Shown: positions 17,160 to 20,000 of the stretch, piece by piece
Layout of the letters: each line of letters begins with the position of its first letter
Position numbering within the stretch: position 1 is the first letter of the stretch
NCBI RefSeq assembly: GCF_021246445.1
Contig: NZ_JAJQXW010000001.1
Coordinates: 1,985,198 to 2,005,197, forward strand
DNA from: Rhabdothermincola salaria
GTDB lineage: Bacteria > Actinomycetota > Acidimicrobiia > Acidimicrobiales > Acidimicrobilacustridaceae
DNA: 20,000 nt
Direction: 5' to 3'
Translations under genes and position numbers: made by a program
Notes under the pieces: model-generated
Seen by the model: only the letters and a program-made list of their open reading frames with translations
Told to the model about the DNA's origin: nothing
The model's database searches: none

Positions 17160-18563
17160 ATGACCACGACCAAGGAGGCCGAGCCGAGGCCGTCGCTCTC
17201 GGTGGCCGAGCGTCGCGAGCTCGGGCGTCGCGCCCGGCAGGTGGTGCCCCGTTCCGCCCTCGGTGAGTGGGCGCCGGCCGCCGAACGCGATCCGCTGTCG
17301 CTGCTGGCCGAGCAGGAGCTCACCCGAGTCCCCGAACTGGTGCCCATCCGCCACCAGCGCATGGCCGTGTCACCGTTCACCTTCTTCCGCGGGGCGGCCA
17401 AGGTCTTCGCCGCCGACCTGGCCGGCGCCCCCCGCACCGACCTGAAGGTGCAGCTCTGCGGCGACGCCCACCTCACCAACTTCGGGGGCTTCGCCTCACC
17501 GGAGCGCCGTCTCGTCTTCGACCTCAACGACTTCGACGAGACGCTGCCCGGCCCCTTCGAGTGGGATCTGAAGCGCCTGGCCGCCAGCTTCGAGGTGGCG
17601 GCGCGCGGCAACGGCCTCGACGAGGCCGACCGCCCCGCCCTGCAGCGAACGCTCGCCACGACCTACGCGTCGGCCATGCAGCAGTTCTCCTCGATGTCGC
17701 ACCTCGACATCTGGTACGCCCACCTCAGCCTCGACCAATTCGGCGAGTACTGGGACACCTCCCTCTCCGACGCCATGCGCTCTCGGGTCGAGAGGACCGT
17801 CCACAAGGCCCAGGGCAAGGACCGTCTCAAGGCGCTGCGCAAGCTCACCACCGTCCGCGACGGCGAGCCCCGGTTCCTCAGCGACCCCCCGCTGCTCGAA
17901 CCGGTGACCGAGCTCCCGTCGCACCCCGAGCACGACAAGGTCGTCGAGATCGTCGCGACCGCCTTCCAGAACTACCGCCGCACCCTGCAAGCCGACCGAC
18001 GGGTGCTCCTCGAGCGCTACCGCTTCGTCGACCTGGCCCGCAAGGTCGTCGGGGTGGGCAGCGTCGGCACCCGCTGCTGGGTCGCCCTGCTCATGGGCAA
18101 GGACGACGACGACCCGCTCTTCTTGCAGGTGAAGGAAGCCGAGGCCTCCGTGCTCGAGCCCCATCTGCGACCCAGCGGCTTCGCCCAGCACGGCCAACGG
18201 GTGGTCGAGGGCCAGCGGCTCATGCAGGCCACCAGCGACATCTTCCTCGGCTGGGAGCGGCTGCACGGCGTCGACGGTCGCGACCACGACTACTACTTCC
18301 GCCAGCTCTGGGACTGGAAGGCCTCCGCCGACGTCGACGGCATGGACCCGGCCCTCCTCGCCCGCTACGCCCAGATGTGCGGATACACCCTGGCCCGGGC
18401 CCACGCCCGGTCCGGCGACGCCGTCGCCCTGTCGGCCTACCTCGGTGGCGGCAAGGCCCTGGGCGAGGCGATGGTGCGGTTCGCGTCCGTCTACGCCGAC
18501 CAGAACGAACGCGACCACGAGGCCTTCGTGGCGCACGTCGCCTCGCCCGAACGGTCCCCCTGA
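17160..18563 (+). CDS. DUF2252 family protein
   Basis: RVPELVPIRHQRM..SPFTFFRGAA, QLCGDAHLTNFG, DLNDFDE, RKVVGVGSVG, QVKEA, YFRQLWDWK, LARAHARSGD; GAGGAG RBS before ATG 17160. Confidence 0.9.
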   Translation: MTTTKEAEPRPSLSVAERRELGRRARQVVPRSALGEWAPAAERDPLSLLAEQELTRVPELVPIRHQRMAVSPFTFFRGAAKVFAADLAGAPRTDLKVQLCGDAHLTNFGGFASPERRLVFDLNDFDETLPGPFEWDLKRLAASFEVAARGNGLDEADRPALQRTLATTYASAMQQFSSMSHLDIWYAHLSLDQFGEYWDTSLSDAMRSRVERTVHKAQGKDRLKALRKLTTVRDGEPRFLSDPPLLEPVTELPSHPEHDKVVEIVATAFQNYRRTLQADRRVLLERYRFVDLARKVVGVGSVGTRCWVALLMGKDDDDPLFLQVKEAEASVLEPHLRPSGFAQHGQRVVEGQRLMQATSDIFLGWERLHGVDGRDHDYYFRQLWDWKASADVDGMDPALLARYAQMCGYTLARAHARSGDAVALSAYLGGGKALGEAMVRFASVYADQNERDHEAFVAHVASPERSP

Positions 18564-18648
18564 GAGAGCCGGGGCCGAGGCCAGGGCGGTTGGCTACTGT
18601 GTCGCCGCGGCTGCACCGGCGCCGCATCGGCCACGGGAGGCTGCTCGC

Positions 18649-19311
18649 ATGACGTACGACCCCACACCGTCCGGGGACCCCACACCGGATCCCGACGCGA
18701 CGCCCGGGTCCGACGATCCCACCCCGGCCGCGACCCCCGACACGAACGCCACCGACGCCACCGTCGTGGAGACCCCGGCTCCCGAGACCCCGGCTCCCGA
18801 GGCTCCCGCCGCCGACCAGAGCGCCCCCACCGGCGAGCCCACCCAGACCTGGGCCGCCCCCGCCGCCGACCAGAGCGCCCCCACCGGCGAGCCCACCCAG
18901 ACCTGGAGCCAGGCCCAGCCCCGCAGCCCGCAGGCCCAGCCCCCGGCCGAGCCCGGTTGGTGGCAGGCCTCCGACGGCTGGTGGTACCCACCGGAGGCCC
19001 AGCCCGGGCCCCAGGCCCAGCCGGCCGCCAACGGCTACGCCGCTCCCGCCTACCCCCAGGCCGCCCCGGTGTCCCCTTACGGAGCCCAGCCCAAGAGCCG
19101 CATGGCCGCCGGCCTCCTCGGCATCTTCCTCGGTGGGCTCGGGGTGCACCGCTTCTACCTCGGCTACACCAACATCGGCATCATCCAGATCGTCGTCACC
19201 GTCCTCACCTGCGGGCTGGGTTCGATCTGGGGCCTGGTCGAGGGGATCATGATCCTGGCGCGCAGCCAGAGCTTCCTCACCGACGCCGAGGGCGTGCCGC
19301 TCACCGACTGA
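18649..19311 (+). CDS. TM2-domain membrane protein with a long Pro/Thr/Ala-rich N-terminus
   Basis: KSRMAAGLLGIFLGGLGVHRFYLG...IWGLVEGIMIL is the TM2 signature; GGAGG RBS before ATG 18649; TACTGT -10 candidate at 18595-18600. Confidence 0.88.
   Translation: MTYDPTPSGDPTPDPDATPGSDDPTPAATPDTNATDATVVETPAPETPAPEAPAADQSAPTGEPTQTWAAPAADQSAPTGEPTQTWSQAQPRSPQAQPPAEPGWWQASDGWWYPPEAQPGPQAQPAANGYAAPAYPQAAPVSPYGAQPKSRMAAGLLGIFLGGLGVHRFYLGYTNIGIIQIVVTVLTCGLGSIWGLVEGIMILARSQSFLTDAEGVPLTD
18769..18906 (+). repeat. In-frame tandem repeats: 15 bp x2 (ETPAP) and a 48-bp unit x2 at 54-bp period (PAADQSAPTGEPTQTW)
   Basis: GAGACCCCGGCTCCC at 18769 and 18784; identical 48-mers start at 18805 and 18859. Confidence 0.9.
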
Positions 19312-19528
19312 GCCCACCGACCGAGACCCGCCACCACCCGGCCGAACACCTCCGTGCCGGGCGACGTGGAAAAGGGCGGTCCGTCGGATAGGACAGAGGG
19401 AACGATCTCCCGCTCCTCGACGCCCTTGCGCTCCGCTTTCGGCGCTCACTGCGACGATGGAGCCCGCCTCCGGGTGCCTCTCGTCACGAAGGTCATCCGG
19501 GAGCTCCCCCCGCTCCGGAAGGACAGTG

Positions 19529-20000
19529 ATGAACCCTCTTGTGATCGTCATTCCCGTGGTGGTGGTGTTGGCTGCTGTGGTGGTGTTCGCGGCGTCGCGG
19601 CGTCGTGACAGCGGTGAGGCCATCGGTGCGTTGTCGCGTGAGACCCGCAAGCGTGATCGTGGTGAGCCCGAGGTGCTCGAGGACACCGAGGTGGCGGTGT
19701 CGGGTCGGGCCGTCGAGGCCCAGGCGGCCCTGGAGCGTCGCCCACCGGAGCTGGCTCGTGTCGGTGGCGGTGATCTGGCCGAGTACGTGCCGCCCGACGC
19801 CGAGGCGATCGGGGTGTCGCGCCGTCAGTTCTTCAACCGTTCGATCGTGTTGTTGATGGGTCTGGGCCTGTCGGGGTTCGGTGCTGCGGTGCTGGCGTTC
19901 CTGTGGCCTCAGCCCAAGGGCGGGTTCGGGTCACCGATTCGTATCGGTGAGGTCGATGACATCAAGGCCAACATCGCGGCCAACGGCGGGTTCTTGTACC
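19529..20000 (+). CDS. Probable Rieske Fe-S subunit of a menaquinol:cytochrome c reductase, N-terminal part (runs off window end)
   Basis: Not in the ORF track; translated by hand from ATG 19529 (AAGGA RBS): MNPLVIVIPVVVVLAAVVVFAASRRRD...GVSRRQFFNRSIVLLMGLGLSGFGAAVLAFLWPQPKGGFGSPIRIG. Twin-Arg + TM + FLWP..GGFG is typical of Rieske anchors; the 2Fe-2S motifs lie outside the window. Confidence 0.72.
   Translation, partial: MNPLVIVIPVVVVLAAVVVFAASRRRDSGEAIGALSRETRKRDRGEPEVLEDTEVAVSGRAVEAQAALERRPPELARVGGGDLAEYVPPDAEAIGVSRRQFFNRSIVLLMGLGLSGFGAAVLAFLWPQPKGGFGSPIRIGEVDDIKANIAANGGFLY

Noticed and set aside
17021..17659. N-terminal extension of the GGDEF ORF
   Set aside because: Overlaps DUF2252 on the opposite strand; the RBS supports a start at 17020.
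19312..19528. Possible riboswitch or ncRNA before the Rieske-like gene
   Set aside because: Only a modest hairpin (about 19496-19519) near the RBS; no riboswitch or Rex-box consensus recognised. An Rfam scan would settle it.
1..20000. Very frequent GTCGAC/TCGA words
   Set aside because: Plausibly explained by codon pairs such as GTC-GAC and CTC-GAG in a high-GC genome; no positional structure seen.

Overview
Very GC-rich, gene-dense bacterial chromosomal DNA. Gene content and protein style suggest an actinobacterium, probably Acidimicrobiia (inference). In order: a partial TauD/TfdA-type 2OG/Fe dioxygenase, a SnoaL-like protein, an MFS transporter, a Cys-containing membrane-anchored hypothetical, a divergent CarD, a secreted DUF4397-like protein, a Prx5-type peroxiredoxin, an MBL-fold hydrolase, a GsuK-like two-RCK K+ channel, a lipoprotein, a YbjT-like SDR-DUF2867 protein, a coupled PCuAC-SCO-CtaG copper operon, an FbpABC-type Fe3+ ABC transporter with an upstream DtxR/IdeR-like palindrome, a PAS-GGDEF cyclase, a DUF2252 protein, a TM2 protein, and the 5' part of a probable Rieske (bc-complex) subunit. 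I saw no mobile elements, CRISPR arrays or RNA genes. The best leads are: a sortase-like PRFTG motif at the extreme C-terminus of a secreted protein with no membrane anchor; a 34-bp hairpin repeat with a compensatory base-pair change flanking that gene; a Rieske-like protein with one N-terminal helix before an internal Tat motif and an abrupt G/T codon shift; a CtaG lacking the usual His residues; and a CarD paralog with an insertion in its RNAP-interaction domain. All family calls come from motif recognition, not database searches.
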